A stretch of DNA of 63,837 nucleotides from Malacoraja senta (lineage: Eukaryota), in NCBI GenBank assembly GCA_038087875.1, contig CM075989.1, positions 5,084,001-5,147,837 of the forward strand. Reading direction: 5' to 3'. Positions 37,901 to 50,970 of the stretch are shown here, piece by piece (position 1 is the stretch's first letter; the number at the start of each line of letters is the position of its first letter). The notes beneath the pieces are model-generated. The model made no database searches, was not told the DNA's origin, and worked only from the letters and a program-made list of their open reading frames with translations. The position numbers were made by a program, and so were the translations under genes.

Positions 37901-39043
37901 AACCCAAAAATAACCTGTTTTATATTATGTTAACCAATCTACATGCTTATGTATCACGAAGATCATGAACTCTTATGAAGCGTCTGTTTTCATGGCACCT
38001 TTTAAATACTTTTTCACTTATATTCAGTTTAAATACATTTTCACTGATTTATCTTGCAAGCTGTATCATCAAAAAAAAAACGCGTGCAATTTTCAGAAAA
38101 CCATGTTGAGTTTACCTAACAAAGAATCGTGTTGTGTAGGAAGGAACTGCAGATGCTGGTTTAAACCGTAGACACAAAATGCTGGAATAACTCAGCAGGA
38201 CAGGCAGGATCTCTGGACAGAAGGAATGGGTGACATTTCAGGACCCTTCTTCAGACTCTTCAGAATCTCATTGGTGCTTCTTCATTAATTGATCTGGCAT
38301 TTCTCAGTAAATCAATTCCAGGTTAACAGATTTGGAGCAGCCCTTGTCTAGAAACGTTCTACATTAAATTAACCACTGATAAATAAAGGAATCTTCCATT
38401 GCAAAAGTACATTAAAAACAAGACTATAGCAGGAGGGATCCATTGGTGAGAAATCTTGTTTTTTCATAAAATGTAAATTTGTATTTGCCTCAAAGCACAT
38501 GTAACCAAAAATACTAAAGAAACAAAACTGCAGAGGACTGGTTTACAAAAAAAGACAAAATGCTGGAGTAATTCGGCAGGTCAGGTAGCATCTCTGGAGA
38601 ACATGCATAGGTGACGTTTCAGGTCAGGACCCTTCTTCTAAAATAGATTATCTGATAGGAGTATACAAGACCTGATAGAAATGCAAGATAATGGGAGGAA
38701 GATAGAGGGCAGGTAGAATCTCCACCACCTGCAGAGGTATTAAAAACTAGGTTTTACGATGAGTTTTAAAGAGGATCTGAGCATTGTTTTTGTTTTGCGA
38801 GTGAATATCATGAATGCACTGCCAGAGGAGGTGGTGAAATCAAATGCCATCTGTACATTTAAGCTGCATTTAGACAGACAGAAATAGGCAATGTATAAAA
38901 AGGATTTGGGCCTAATGCAAGCAAATAAGATTAGTCTAGATGCGCAAAAAGGTCGACATGGATGTGGTGGCATCAAGCACCATTTTTTTTTTGCTATATG
39001 GCTCTAGGACTCCAAGTTATTTAGGTGACTTGCAAACCGACTA

Positions 39044-40384
39044 CAGATGCACCTCGACTTACGCTATTTCAACTTTACGATGGTGCACGGTGGCGCAGCG
39101 GTAGAGTTGCTGCCTTACAGCGAATGCAGCGCCAGAGACCTGGGTTCGATCCCGACTACTGATGCTGTCTGTACGGAGTTTGTACGTTCTCCCTGTGACC
39201 TGCGTGGGTTTTCTCCGAGATCTTCGGTGTCCTCAAACACGTACAGGTTTGTAAGTTAATTGGCTTGGTGGATGTAGAAATTGTCCCTAGTGTGTGTAGG
39301 ACCGTGTTAATGTGCGGGGATCGTTGGTCGGCGGGGACTCGGTGGGCCTGTTTCCGCGCTGTATCTCTAAACTAAAACTAAAAAAAAGTGATACACGTTC
39401 AGTAGAAACCCGTACTTCGAATTTTGAATTTTGATCTTTTCCCGGGCTAGCGATATGTGGTACGATACTCTCTCGTGATGCTGGGCAATGGCAGCGAGCC
39501 GCAGTTCCCAGATAGCCACGCGATCACGAGTGTAAACAACCGATACACAGTGTACTGTGTTGCCCCCCCCCCCCCCCCCACAGCGTGTCGCTCCTTCTGT
39601 ACCGCCTCTCCCACTGTGCAGGACCTCACCATAGCACAGAGACAACTTAGTCAACATTGACCAGTTGGGCCGAACGGCCTCTATCCGTGCTGTCTGATTA
39701 TGTTCTCCGTGTGGGATTTTCTGGAACTTTGAGGCGGTGAGTGGGGAAAGTCTTTGTGCCGCTGGAATTCACCGGTACCCCCAGTTCAAGTGCTACGTCC
39801 GACCCACCACTGTTGAAACACTTCACCGGTCTCACCGGAGCAGGGGGTGTGAGTGGGAATGGGGAGAGAAGGTGGGGGAGAAGGGGATAGAGGGAGAGGG
39901 GATAATGAGATTGGGGGAAGAGGGGGATAGAGAATAGGGGGTGGGAAGAAGAGGTGGAGGAGAGATATGGGGAGGTTCCCATTTCTCGGCAGCTGGTACA
40001 CAGGTGTGGGGTGCTGTGACCACTTGGGACGGAGGGGACCGTCCCAGTCGGTCCAGGACATGGTGTGGCTGGCAGACCGTGCCCCCACGGGTCAGGGTGT
40101 GTCTGCCGGGCGGGGGAGCTCCCCGTACACTGGCCCTTTGATGGCCGGCGGGGACCCGGTTCCCTTTGCCGGGCGCTGGGCTGTTGACCAGGAGCTGGGC
40201 TGGGCCAGGCAGCGAGGGCTCAGCAGGACGTGGTCTCTACCCCACCAGAAGCCGGGTTTTCTGGGCTGCACTGCCGTTGTACACCCGTGGCGGTGTACAT
40301 GTCAGTGGGCCCACAGGCACATTTTCGACTTACGATGGGTTTATCGGAACGTAACTCCACCCATCGTAAGTTGAGGGGCACCTG
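39044..40384. mobile_element. pogo/Tigger-like (Tigger5/MER47-like) non-autonomous DNA transposon, TA TSD
   Basis: TA|CAGATGCACCTCGACTTACG ... CGTAAGTTGAGGGGCACCTG|TA; subterminal CGACTTACGATG repeats; nested SINE at 39083-39381. Confidence 0.8.
39083..39381 (+). mobile_element. Young HE1-like SINE nested in the Tigger-like element
   Basis: CACGGTGGCGCAGCGGTAGAG, GGGTTCGATCCC, CTAAACTAAAACTAAA tail; CpGs retained. Confidence 0.88.
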
Positions 40385-41593
40385 TATATAATCTTTTGAT
40401 CACTAGCCAAAAATTCTACACAATTTCAATAACACCCTCAGTTTAAGAAAAAAAGCAAAATGCTTACATGGAAACCTAAATCACAGTATCAAGGGCCAGT
40501 TATTGAACCGGGTTAAATTGAAGGCTCTGTATGTCAGGCCAAATTTGGCCTAATAACTGCTTCTGTCATCTCAGGTCTTTAATTGTTGCCAAATTGGAAG
40601 AACATTAGCTTCTACTTCACTAAATAATATATGCTTCATCAGGTGCTATTGACAGAAGCAATGCCATTAAGGTTAATTTAAAACAACTGGAGCGCTGTCA
40701 AAAGTTCGGCATGTCTTTTAATTTCCTTGACTGCATGCGGCTCCATTCATTATTAAATAAAGTAGGCTTAGTGCATGACAGTGTTGCAATGTGGTAGAGT
40801 TACACGGATGGATCTCATGACTCACTTCATTCCGACTGCAGAGTGCTTATGAACTAACCCTAATTGCACAAAAACTTTGACAAAATACAGTTACTCAGAA
40901 GACTCGAGCTAAGTGCTGACTATTTTCACCATCATTATTATTTCCCATTTTTGCCATTAACTTCTTACCAGTGTTATTATCATCAATGTTTTTCATGAAG
41001 AAGCATCCTAAAGTTGTCATCAACAAGAAAGCAATTCAATACCAGCCCATTAAAATCACAGCAGATCACAACTTTAGGCAGAAATTAGTTTGCTGTTAAA
41101 CTACTACAGTAAGTAAAGTGCACAAGCTGCCACGAGTTAAGTCACTGGAGGCAACATTAAAATGTAATCTTCTCAATATATTATGAGATTTTTAAAAAAC
41201 TGGGACGCTCTTTAATTATAATATGATTTTAAGGTTAAACAGGAAATAATTGTGTTCAATGCAAATTACAGACATATAAAGTAATGGGGAAGGATATTAA
41301 ACATTCAGATGGGCATGTGGGACTTTGCTCAATAGTACTCAAAGATCATGACCCCTCTCTCTTAGTCTCATTAAACCAGAACATGGGGTTAAAGATGAAC
41401 CTGGCATCAAAGTACTACATTTTACAGGGGATAAGGGTTAAATTAGAATATTATCAAACCTTTAAGTTCAAGACCTAGAAGAATTCTGATTTTGCAACGA
41501 ACCTATAAATAATCCAAGTCTTTAAACAGAATGACTATACAAGTTTAAGAGAACTTTCCATTTCCCTAGACACAGATCAGCTACAGCACTATT

Positions 41594-42200
41594 TCATAAT
41601 CATAATCACATTTTATTAGCCAAGTATGTTTTGCAACATATGAGGAATTTCATTGGCCATACAGTCATCATAGCAATAAAAAGCAAAACACACAAAATAC
41701 ATAAACTTGACATAAACATCCACCACAGTGACTCCTCCACATTCCTCACTGTGGTGGAAGGAGAAAAAAGTTCAATCCCTCCCTTCTTATTCCTCCAGCA
41801 GTCAGGGGCCTCTAACCTTCCGTTGACGGGACGATCTTACTCCCGTAGTCGGCGGCGAGCCTTCCTCGTCGGGGCGATCGAGGTCCTGCATCGGGAGGGG
41901 AATCTCAGCATCCCCGTATCGGGCAATCGACGAATGTCGTGTGGCTTTTGGAGCTTCCCGACGACGGTCTCAACTCGAGACTGCGAGCTCCCGATGGTGA
42001 AATCCAGTGTCATGGAGCATCGACCCAGGCAAGGAATCGACTCCGATAGCAAGTGCATGCCCCGTGGTATGGTCCATAGTCAGTCCCGAGCAAGGCCTCC
42101 AGCCCCACGATGTTAGGCCGCAGAACGACCGGAGATGTGATCCGGAAAATAATCGCATCTCCGGCAACGTAAGCGATTGGGAAAGTTCCCCCCCCCCCAT
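41594..42200 (-). mobile_element. GC-rich retroposon related to 27586-28265
   Basis: Shared TTTATTAGCCAAGTATG tail, GTCGGGGCGATCGA unit and CGATGTTAGGCCGCAG block. Confidence 0.7.
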
Positions 42201-42233
42201 AAAAATGTTAATAGATATTTTAATATCTATATA

Positions 42234-43908
42234 CAGTGCCCTCCATAATGTTTGGGACAAAGACCCATCATTTATTTATTTGCTTCTGTACTCCACAATT
42301 TGAGATTTGTAATAGAAAAAAATCTCATGTGGTTAAAGTGCACATTGTCAGATGATAATAAAGGCCATTTTTATACATTTTGGTTTCACCATGTAGAAAT
42401 TACAGCAGTGTTTATACATAGTCCCCCCCCCCCCCCCCCATTTCAGGGCACCATAATGTTTGGGACACAGCAATGACATGCAAATGAAAATAGTCATGTT
42501 TAGTATTTTGCTGCATATCCTTTGCATGCAATGACTGCTTGAAGTCTGCGATTCATGGACATCACCAGTTGCTGGGTGTCTTCTCTGGTGATGCTCTGCC
42601 AACCTGTATTGTAGCCATCTTTAGGTTATGCTTATTTTAGACAATAGACAATAGGTGCAGTAGGCCATTCGGCCCTGAGCCAGCACCGCCATTCAATGTG
42701 ATCATGGCTGATCATCCACAATTAGTACCCCGTTCCTGGCTTCTCCACATATCCCCTGACTCCGCTATCTTTAAGAGCCCTATCAAGCTCTCTCTTGAAA
42801 GTATCCAGAGAACCAGCCTCCACCACCCTCTGAGGCAGAGAATTCTGGGGCTAGTCCCCTCAGTTTTCTCTTCAGCATATAAAAGGCATGCTCAATTGGG
42901 TTCAGATCGACTTGGCCACTCAAGAATTGACCATTTTTTAGCTTTGAAAAACTCCTTTGTTGCTTTAGCAGTATGTTTGGGATCATTGTCGTGCTGTAGA
43001 CTGAACCGCTGGCCAATGAGTTTTGAGGCATTTGTTTGAACTTGAGCAGATAGGATGTGTCTATACACTTCAGAATTCATTATGCTACGACCATCAGCAG
43101 TTGTATCATCAATGAAGATAAGTGGGCCAGTACCTTCAACAGCAATACATGCCCAGGCCATAACACCCCCACCACCGTGTTTCACAGATGAGGTGGTATG
43201 CTTTGGATCTTGGGCAGTTCCTTCTCTCCTCCATACTTTGCTCTTGTCACTCTGATATACGTTAATCTTCGTCTCATCTGTCCACAAGACCTTTTTCCAG
43301 AACTGTGGTTGCTCTTTTAAGTATTCTTGGGTTTTTTCTTTATTACAGAGAGAATTCTCTGTCATCAGCTGTGGAGGTCTTCCTTGGCCTGCCAGTCCCT
43401 TTGTGATTAGTAAGCTCACCAGTGCTCTCGTTCTTCTTAATGATGTTCCAAACAGTTGATTTTGGTAAGCCCAAGGTTTGGCTGATGTCTCCAACAGTTT
43501 TATTCTCGTTTCTCAGCCTCATAATGGCTTCTTTGATTTTCATTGGTACAACTTTGATCCTCATGTTGATAAACAGCAATAAAAGTTTCCAAAGGTGATG
43601 GAAAGACTGGAGGAAAGACTAGGTGCTGAAAGCTCTTTTATACCTGCATTAAGGAGGCATTTAAACATACCTGAGCAATTACAAACACATGTGTCCCAAA
43701 CATTATGGTGCCCTGAAATGGGGGGGCTATGTATAAACACAGCTGTAATTTCTATATGGTGAAAACAAAATGTATAAAAATGGTCTTTATTAAAATCTGA
43801 CTGTGCACTTTAACCACATGTGATTGGTTCTTTTACAAATCCCAAATTGTGGAGTACCGAGGCAAATAAATAAATAATAGGTCTTTGTCCCAAACATTAT
43901 GGAGGGCA
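42234..43908 (-). mobile_element. Tc1 transposon, copy C (internal deletion, interrupted by CR1 tail at ~42639-42845)
   Basis: TA|CAGTGCCCTCCATAATGTTTGGGAC start; ORFs 43343-43579 and 42892-43494 (WTDETK, HDNDPKH); right TIR end eroded. Confidence 0.94.
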
Positions 43909-44523
43909 TGGTGAATGACATTGGCAGGTAGCTAAAAGGGGAAAGCAACAAGTAAGTTGTGCTAGAGGTTCACACCTAGATTTGGCATTTAAGGGACTTT
44001 TGGATAGGCACATGGATTTGCAAGGAATGGAGGGATAAGGGTTCTGTGCATGCAGATATGAGCTGGTCAGTATCATATTCAGCACATTGTTGGCAGAAGG
44101 ACCCGTTCCTGTGTTGTACTAAGTTCATATACCTTTGATGTTCCCCAAAAGTGCTTCAAAGAAGACATATTAGTTTCTGAAACAGACAAAATGAGGTAGC
44201 CACCGTTCTTTAGTAGCTAATGGGGTGAAAATAACAAGTTAAGCTGCTTAGGTTGATGTCGCCTTTGGAATAAATGTTAGCCAGAGCACTGACTGAACTG
44301 CCCTGACTCAAATAGTGCCAACGGATCTTTTGAATCCCTGAACAGATTTAATATTCCACCCTAAAGATGACACCTCCAATAATGCAACACTCACTATGTC
44401 ACATTGCCAGATTTCATGCCCAAATCTGTAGTAAATCCAAAAAATGTAAGACCCAATAAAACAGGAAATAATGTGAAGAAAGGATCAATGCTAAAATTAC
44501 ATGTCAATATTTTCACTAAAATT

Positions 44524-44574
44524 CCAACCATAAGCAGAAATGGTTTTGCAACCATAAGCAGAAATGGTTTTGCA
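44524..44574. repeat. 24-bp tandem duplication CAACCATAAGCAGAAATGGTTTTG x2
   Basis: Direct reading. Confidence 0.85.
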
Positions 44575-45415
44575 AGGGTTAAATGCACAGCCGATTGATT
44601 GCCACAGGAATCCTTTCTTTCTTGTGAAATTTAAGTACCTCGCTGCATCTCATAGAAACAGAACAGCTCCAACAAACTGAAGAAACAAAACAAACTGTTT
44701 GATCCACGGAACCGTGTGTTAAACTTCCCATGCAAGATGACAAATTCTCTCTCCTCCCAGTTGAATATACTTCAGAAAATGGCTGAGATTCTGTGCAGGA
44801 TTTAAATTCCAGAGTCCAGTCAAGTGAATGTAATCCAATTCCTGACCCAGTCGGGCAAATGAAATTCAATCTATTTATGTCTGCCAAGTCTCTCCCACAA
44901 CGCCTAGATAACTAACATTTATTTAGCAGAGACAGTTCAATCCATGACAATGGCTTGTCTCAAACCACTTTTTTAAAGATTTCAATTGAGCTTAATAGAG
45001 TGACTTGGGAGTTAATTTTTACCTCAATTTTAGTCATGAACTTATTTCTTGGAAGAGTTGATTCTTTGGGCTCATTCTTTCAATATGGCATTTTCTGGCC
45101 TGAGTGTTCATTGGAATTATTTTATCATGACCTTTATACTAATCCCATCTATTTCTAGAATATTCTCCAGTCCATTAACCTCCCAGATCTTTCTAGTCTT
45201 TTGTTCATCCTGCACTTGTTTTGCTCCACCATTGGTCATCAAATTCTATTCCCTGGAATTCCCTCCCTAAATCTCCCTGTCATTAATCCTTCCACATGCA
45301 CTTTTTCCACCTAACTTTAGTCTCAATATCAAAGACAATGTTTGCCTATGCTTTCAGTAAGTGTTTTCCTGTATCAAAGGCCCTTGAGAAAGGAGTTGTA
45401 TTATCAGAGCAATAA

Positions 45416-45831
45416 ATAGACAATAGACATTAGGTGCAGGAGTAGGCCATTTGGCCCTTCGAGCCAGCACCACCATTCAATGTGATCATGGTTGATCATC
45501 CCCAATCAGTACCCCGTTCCTGCCTTCTCGCCATATCCCCTATCTTTAAGAGCCCTATCTAGCTCTCTCTTGAAAGCATCCAGAGAACCTGCCTCCACCG
45601 CCCTCTGAGGCAGAGAATTCCACAGACTCACCACTCTCTGTGAGAAAAAGTGTTTCCTCGTCTCCGTTCTAAACGGCTTACTCCTTATTCTTAAACTGTG
45701 GCCCCTGGTTCTGGACTCCCCCAACATCGGGAACATGTTTCCTGCCTAGAGCGTGTCCAAGCCCTTAACAATCTTATATGTTTCAATGAGATACCCTCTC
45801 ATCCTTCTAAACTCCAGAGTGTACAAGCCCA
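45416..45831 (-). mobile_element. CR1 LINE 3' fragment
   Basis: ORF 45506-45736 (ESRTRGHSLRI...FFSQRVVSLWNSLPQRAVEAGSL); (TCTATTG)n-type tail. Confidence 0.88.
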
Positions 45832-45932
45832 CTCTTAGTGTCAATGAACAATTGTCATTTCCACAGAGCGATATAGCATGGCTGTTGATATACAATTTAC
45901 CACAACAAACTCCTCATATCTATTGTACACAT

Positions 45933-46685
45933 GAGGAACTGCAGCTGCTGGCTCACAAACAAGGCAGTGCTGGAGTGGCTCAGTGGGACAGGCATGGTAG
46001 TTGGGGGAGAAAGCTGAATGAGAGGTGGGGGCAGGGAAAATTCTAGCAAGTAATAGGTGGATATAGGCGAGGGGGATTTTTGATTAGCAAATGGTTGGAC
46101 AGAGATGAAAAGACAAAAAGTATGAGATGAGGATAGAAGAGGCACGAAATGTGAAGCCAGTGGAAGTGGACTGTGAGAAGGGGAATGGGAGAAATGGGTG
46201 TGCATCCAGGTGGGGCATAAGGGGAAAATAGGAGGGAGAGGGGTGAGTGAGGAGTGTTGGTAGATTAGTTTCCAACAATTGGAGAATTCAATGTTCGTAC
46301 CATTGGATTGTAAGAAACCCAAGCAGAATACAAGGTGCTGTTCCTCGCCTCTGTGTGTGGCCTCACTCTGGCAATGGAGGAGGCCCCAGAACAAAAGGTC
46401 AGTATGGGAATGGGAAGAGTGCTTAAAATAGTTAGCAGCCGGGATATCCAGCTGACCAAGCAAGTGTTTGGTGAAACGGTCGGCTAGTCTATGCAATGTC
46501 TCACCAATGTAAAGGAGGCCACATCAGGAGCACCGAATGCAGCAGATGAGGTTGGAGGAGGTACACATGAACCTCTCACCTGGAAGCACTGCTGGGATCG
46601 CTGGATCAATATGAGGGAGCAGGTAAATGGACAGGTGTTAAATCTCCTGCGGTTGCAGGACAAAGTATCTGGGGAGGAAGTGGTT
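45933..46685 (-). mobile_element. Old Penelope fragment (GIY-YIG region plus 3' repeat)
   Basis: ORF 45897-46496 (HRLADRFTKHL...EEQHLVFCLGFL). Confidence 0.8.
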
Positions 46686-48399
46686 AGAGCAAGTAGTTCA
46701 CTCGCATCATTTTTTCCTTATGTCTATTATTGCAAAGAGAAGAAAATCTGGTGGGTGCCAGGACCTTTATCAAAGGATTGATGGTAGAGGAAGCTTATGA
46801 ACCAAAGCCACTCATTCTGACTAACAAATGGCCATTCCCACCTCAATTATTTCACAGGATTGCCGGTAAAAATAGCAATATCCCAAACATCATTGGGATA
46901 GTAAATTACAATTTGGACAATTTCAATAAATTGGCAGTTTTAAATGTTTACTTTATGAATTCATAGGACATAATCTCAAATTGTAGAAAAGAAACACGAG
47001 GCATAAGATGGATATCTGTAACAGCTTGGAAAAGCACAGGATCAGTATTGCTCTAGTGGTGAACATTCTTCTAGAACACATAAGAGATTAGCTTGTCCTT
47101 GCTGCACTGTATAAACGGGCCAAGTGGAATGACTGTGTGGTTGACTAACATGTCTATTCCTAGGGGAAGGTTCCATTTTGCATTATGCAAAAGTCGACAG
47201 TTTATGCACGCTCTGACCAACATTATTCCTTTGAGCATCCTCAAGGCAATTCAAGCAAACTTGCTGTGGACTGCATATCTGACAACATTTGCCTTTCATT
47301 CCACTTTAAACTAATTCACTGGACATCAGATGAATTATTCTGTCCACACGGATTTTAATCGTACAAAGAGCCACGTCTTATTCAAAGGCGACCAGTTACT
47401 CAACTTCAATTTAAGAGATGATCTCTGAAAAACAATGTTTAACGGCATTGAAAAATGATTAGCCAATTTTGTCCATCTCGACAAAGCCAACTAACATTAA
47501 AACTAATCGTGAATAAAAGGTCAACGTTCAGACTTTTCTTGATAAGTAATGATTTAACTGAACAAAAAGCAAGGAAATGCAAAATAAGGTCTGCTGGTGG
47601 AATAGCGAGAGTAATGGTTTGCATCTGTGGAGACAGAGGGATAGTTGACTGCATCAGGATTCAGAATGTTGAGGGGAGATAGCCCGTTGGAAGAGGCTGG
47701 CGGGGTGGGGGGGGGGGTAGGGGGGTTGAGGCAGGAGCTGGTAAGTAGAAGCAGATGAGGGGGGAATATGATGAGCAGATGGAGCAATATTGGAGGAGGG
47801 GAGGGATGGAGGCAGAGAGAGGCTGGAAGATGCCAAGTGGAGACTACAAAAATCTGCAGAGTCTGGATTCTGCTAAGTATTGAATGCCATAAGTGGAACC
47901 AAATAAGAGAGAGATGATGGGTAGAATACATTTAAATGCAACTATATTAAAGACTTTAATTTATAACTAATAACAGCAACCTTTTATGATTATTAAAAAG
48001 CCAGAATATAAATTAAGTAGATAAAATCTTGAGATTTATTAAATAAAAACATTCCTGGCAAAAAAGGTTGAGGGGGAGGTTTGGTGTGTTCTATCATCTG
48101 TTTTTATGAAAAATCTATAAACATAGACATTAAATGGTCCCAAATGCAAGTTTTTATGTTGTACAGAAATGTTAATAGCCCCTAAATGAAAAATGATTTG
48201 TATAACTGTTGGAAAAACCAAGTTCCCTCATGTCAAAAGAATGTGTTTCCATTATCAATATCTAACACTGGATTACACAATTACTCTACAAGATCACCAG
48301 ACAACAATTGTGCAGGCTTTCATAACATGGACATACCAAAGTTGGAAAAAAATTACGGACCATTCTCCAAAGAGGTTCTGGAAAATGTGAGTAAAAAGG

Positions 48400-49290
48400 A
48401 GTAAATTGTGAGGAGGCCTCAGATCAACAATAGTTCTAACGAACAGCATATGATCCGCCAACATTTTCGCCACCTCCAACGGGATCCCACCACTAGCCCC
48501 ATCTTCCCCTCTCCACCCCTTTCCGCAAAGACCGTTCCCTATGCAACTCCCTGGTCAACTCGTCCCTTCACACCCAAACCACCCCCTCCCCAGGTACTTT
48601 TCATTGCAACCGCAGGAGATGCAACACCTGACTCTACACCTCCCCCCTCGGCTGTCCAAGGCCCACAACAGTCTTTTTAGGTGAGGCAGTGGTTCACTTG
48701 CACCTCCTCCAACCTCATCTATAGTATCTGCTGTTCCAGGTGTGGACTCCTGTATATCGGCGAGACCAACCCCAGGCTCGGCGATCGTTTCGCTGAACAC
48801 CTCTGCTCAGTCCATCTGAACTTACCAGATCTCCCAGTTGCTGGACACTTTAACACACTGACCTTTCTGTCCTGGGCCTCCTCCATTGTCAGAGTGAGGC
48901 CCAGTGCAAATTGGAGGAACAGCACCACATATTTCACTTGAGCAGCTTACACCCCACCTGTATGAACATTGACTTCTCTAACTTCGTAACCCTTGCTTTC
49001 CCTCTCTCCATCCATCCCCCTTCCCAGTTCTCCGACCAGTCTTACTGTCTCCGACTACATTTTATCTGTTTGCTTTGTTGTTAACTTCTCCCAGCTAACA
49101 ATGATCTATTCTAAATTGTCCTTGATCTCCATTCCCTTTGCCCCGTTTTCACACTTTCTGATCTATCCAACTCCCCCCCCCCCCCCCCCAGTCTGAAGAA
49201 GGGTGAAGAAGGGTGTCGACCTGAAATGTCATCCATTCCTTCTCTCCAGAGATGCTGCCTGAGAGTTACCCCAGCATTTTGTGTCTATCT
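48400..49290 (+). mobile_element. Penelope fragment (Cys linker, GIY-YIG, pLTR)
   Basis: ORFs 48408-48680 (RQHFRHLQRDPTT) and 48681-48941 (NLIYSICCSRCGLLYIGET...RFAEH). Confidence 0.88.
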
Positions 49291-50347
49291 GTAGTTCTAA
49301 TGAAGTTATACTTCAATCTCAAAACTGCTCTCTTTACATGTATAAATAAGAGTCAACATTTTACTGTTCATGTTTTGGATTATAACCAGTATTTGACATT
49401 TAGTCTTGTAGTTTTCCAGTTTTAACCAAAAAAATATAAGAACCAGAAACGGCAATTTGGAAAAATTATTATCATTCTGATAAAGTGGTACAGACAATAA
49501 ATATCATTTGTGCAGAATTTACTATTCCTGTTCATTTTGCTTCAAGAATGTCGCATGTGGCTATTAAAGTTCGCACAAACTGCTGACCAGTCCCATTTGC
49601 TTGTGAAAAGTGCTGGGCAGTGTAGCAATAACAGTGAATAGTCAACAATTGGTCACAGTCACTAACTTGGAATGTGCAGAAATAGGCATTATTAAGATAC
49701 AGCACAAGAATAAGTCCATTGGCCCACAATGTCAGAGCCAAACACAATGCCATTAAAGTAATTAACTCTGCCTGTGATCTATATCTCTGCTTGTAACCCA
49801 TATACCTACATGTCAATGTGCCTACCTAAAAGCCTGTCGTATCTGCCTCCATTACCACCCATGGCAGACTTTCCAGGTACCCACCAGAGTTGTTTTTTTT
49901 AACTCACCTCGTAAGTTTGCCCTTCTCACCTTCAAGCTATGACCTCTAATCATTGACATTTCCATTCTGGGGAAAAAGATCTGAAGAAGGATCTCGACCC
50001 AAAACGTCACCCAATCCTTCTCTCCAGAGACGCTTCCTGTCCCGCTGAGTTATTCCAGTATGTTTGTGTCTATCTTCGGTTTAAACTGCAGATAGTTCCT
50101 TCCCATGCAAAAGGTCTGACTGTATACCCTATCTATATACTTCAATACTCCATTGAGCCTCTAACACTCCAGAGAAACCAATCCAAGTCTGTTTAGCTGA
50201 TACCCCCTCAGCCAGGCAGTATTGTGGTAAACCTCTTCTACATCCGAATTGAGATTAATTATGACAATCACTGGGTACCAGCATTATTAGAACTAAGTTG
50301 GCGGCAATTTAATAAGAATTTCCTTACAGCAACAACTCAAAGATGTG

Positions 50348-50526
50348 TTTAAGAAGGAACTGCAGATGCTGGAAAATCGAAGGTAGACAAAAATGCTGGA
50401 GAAACTCAGCTGATGCAGCATCTATGGAGCAAAGGAAATAGGCAACGTTTCGGGCCGAAACGTTGCATATTTCCTTCACTCCATAGATGCTGCTGCACCC
50501 GCTGAGTTTCTCCAGCATTTTTGTCT
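50348..50526. mobile_element. Palindromic Penelope pLTR unit with 14-bp TSD, ~100 bp from the first coding exon donor
   Basis: AACTCAAAGATGTG at 50334-50347 and 50527-50540; centre CAACGTTTCGGGCCGAAACGTTG. Confidence 0.9.
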
Positions 50527-50633
50527 AACTCAAAGATGTGCTTTGATGAGCCTTTCAAATGCAACAATGAGTCTTCAGCAACACATAATTGCTGTGCACC
50601 TATATATAGCGGAGAGGCAATTAATTTACTTAC

Positions 50634-50836
50634 TCTTTGGTCAGCAGTGGGCATGATTTCAGCAGGAATCGAGTTAGCGGGGTGTCCTGGAAAGTCAGGT
50701 CCGGAGAAGCAGTTGGGCTCTTGAGATTCAGGCATCTTACAATGATGTACAACACTGCGGCGACTGCGGCCAGCTTCATCCCATCAAACATGGCCGGCAT
50801 TTCCGGAGCAATCCTTACACTTTCGGAGTCTGCCAT
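50634..50836 (-). CDS. ABHD2: ABHD2 first coding exon (203 nt CDS; MADSESVRIAPEMPAMFDGMKLAAVAAVLYIIVRCLNLKSPTASPDLTFQDTPLTRFLLKSCPLLTK)
   Basis: Translation matches the vertebrate ABHD2 N-terminus (signal-anchor KLAAVAAVLYIIVRC). ATG at 50836 has A at -3 and G at +4. Likely acceptor ttgcAG at 50844-50843; donor GA|GTAAGT after 50634 (phase 2). Confidence 0.96.
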
Positions 50837-50970
50837 CGTTATCTGCAAGTTCTCTTTCAAGGAAAAAGAAAATGGTCAGCAGCTGCCAGTAACATAAATG
50901 AAATGGTTCAATGCTTAGAAATACATAGGCAAAATGACTTTGTGTGCAAAATTGATGATGGCACAATTCA

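Noticed and set aside
39698..40374. GC-rich ORFs or CpG-island promoter
   Set aside because: Lies inside a TIR/TA-bounded transposon; ORFs are low-complexity. The same applies to 7137-7826 and 21780-22275.
44200..44430. Ancient Deu/SacSINE-like remnant (also ~8100-8340)
   Set aside because: Resemblance is from memory and too degenerate to support without an HMM search.
50837..50860. N-terminal extension MKENLQIT from the ORF track
   Set aside because: Starts at TTG within the splice-acceptor region; the real start is the ATG at 50836.
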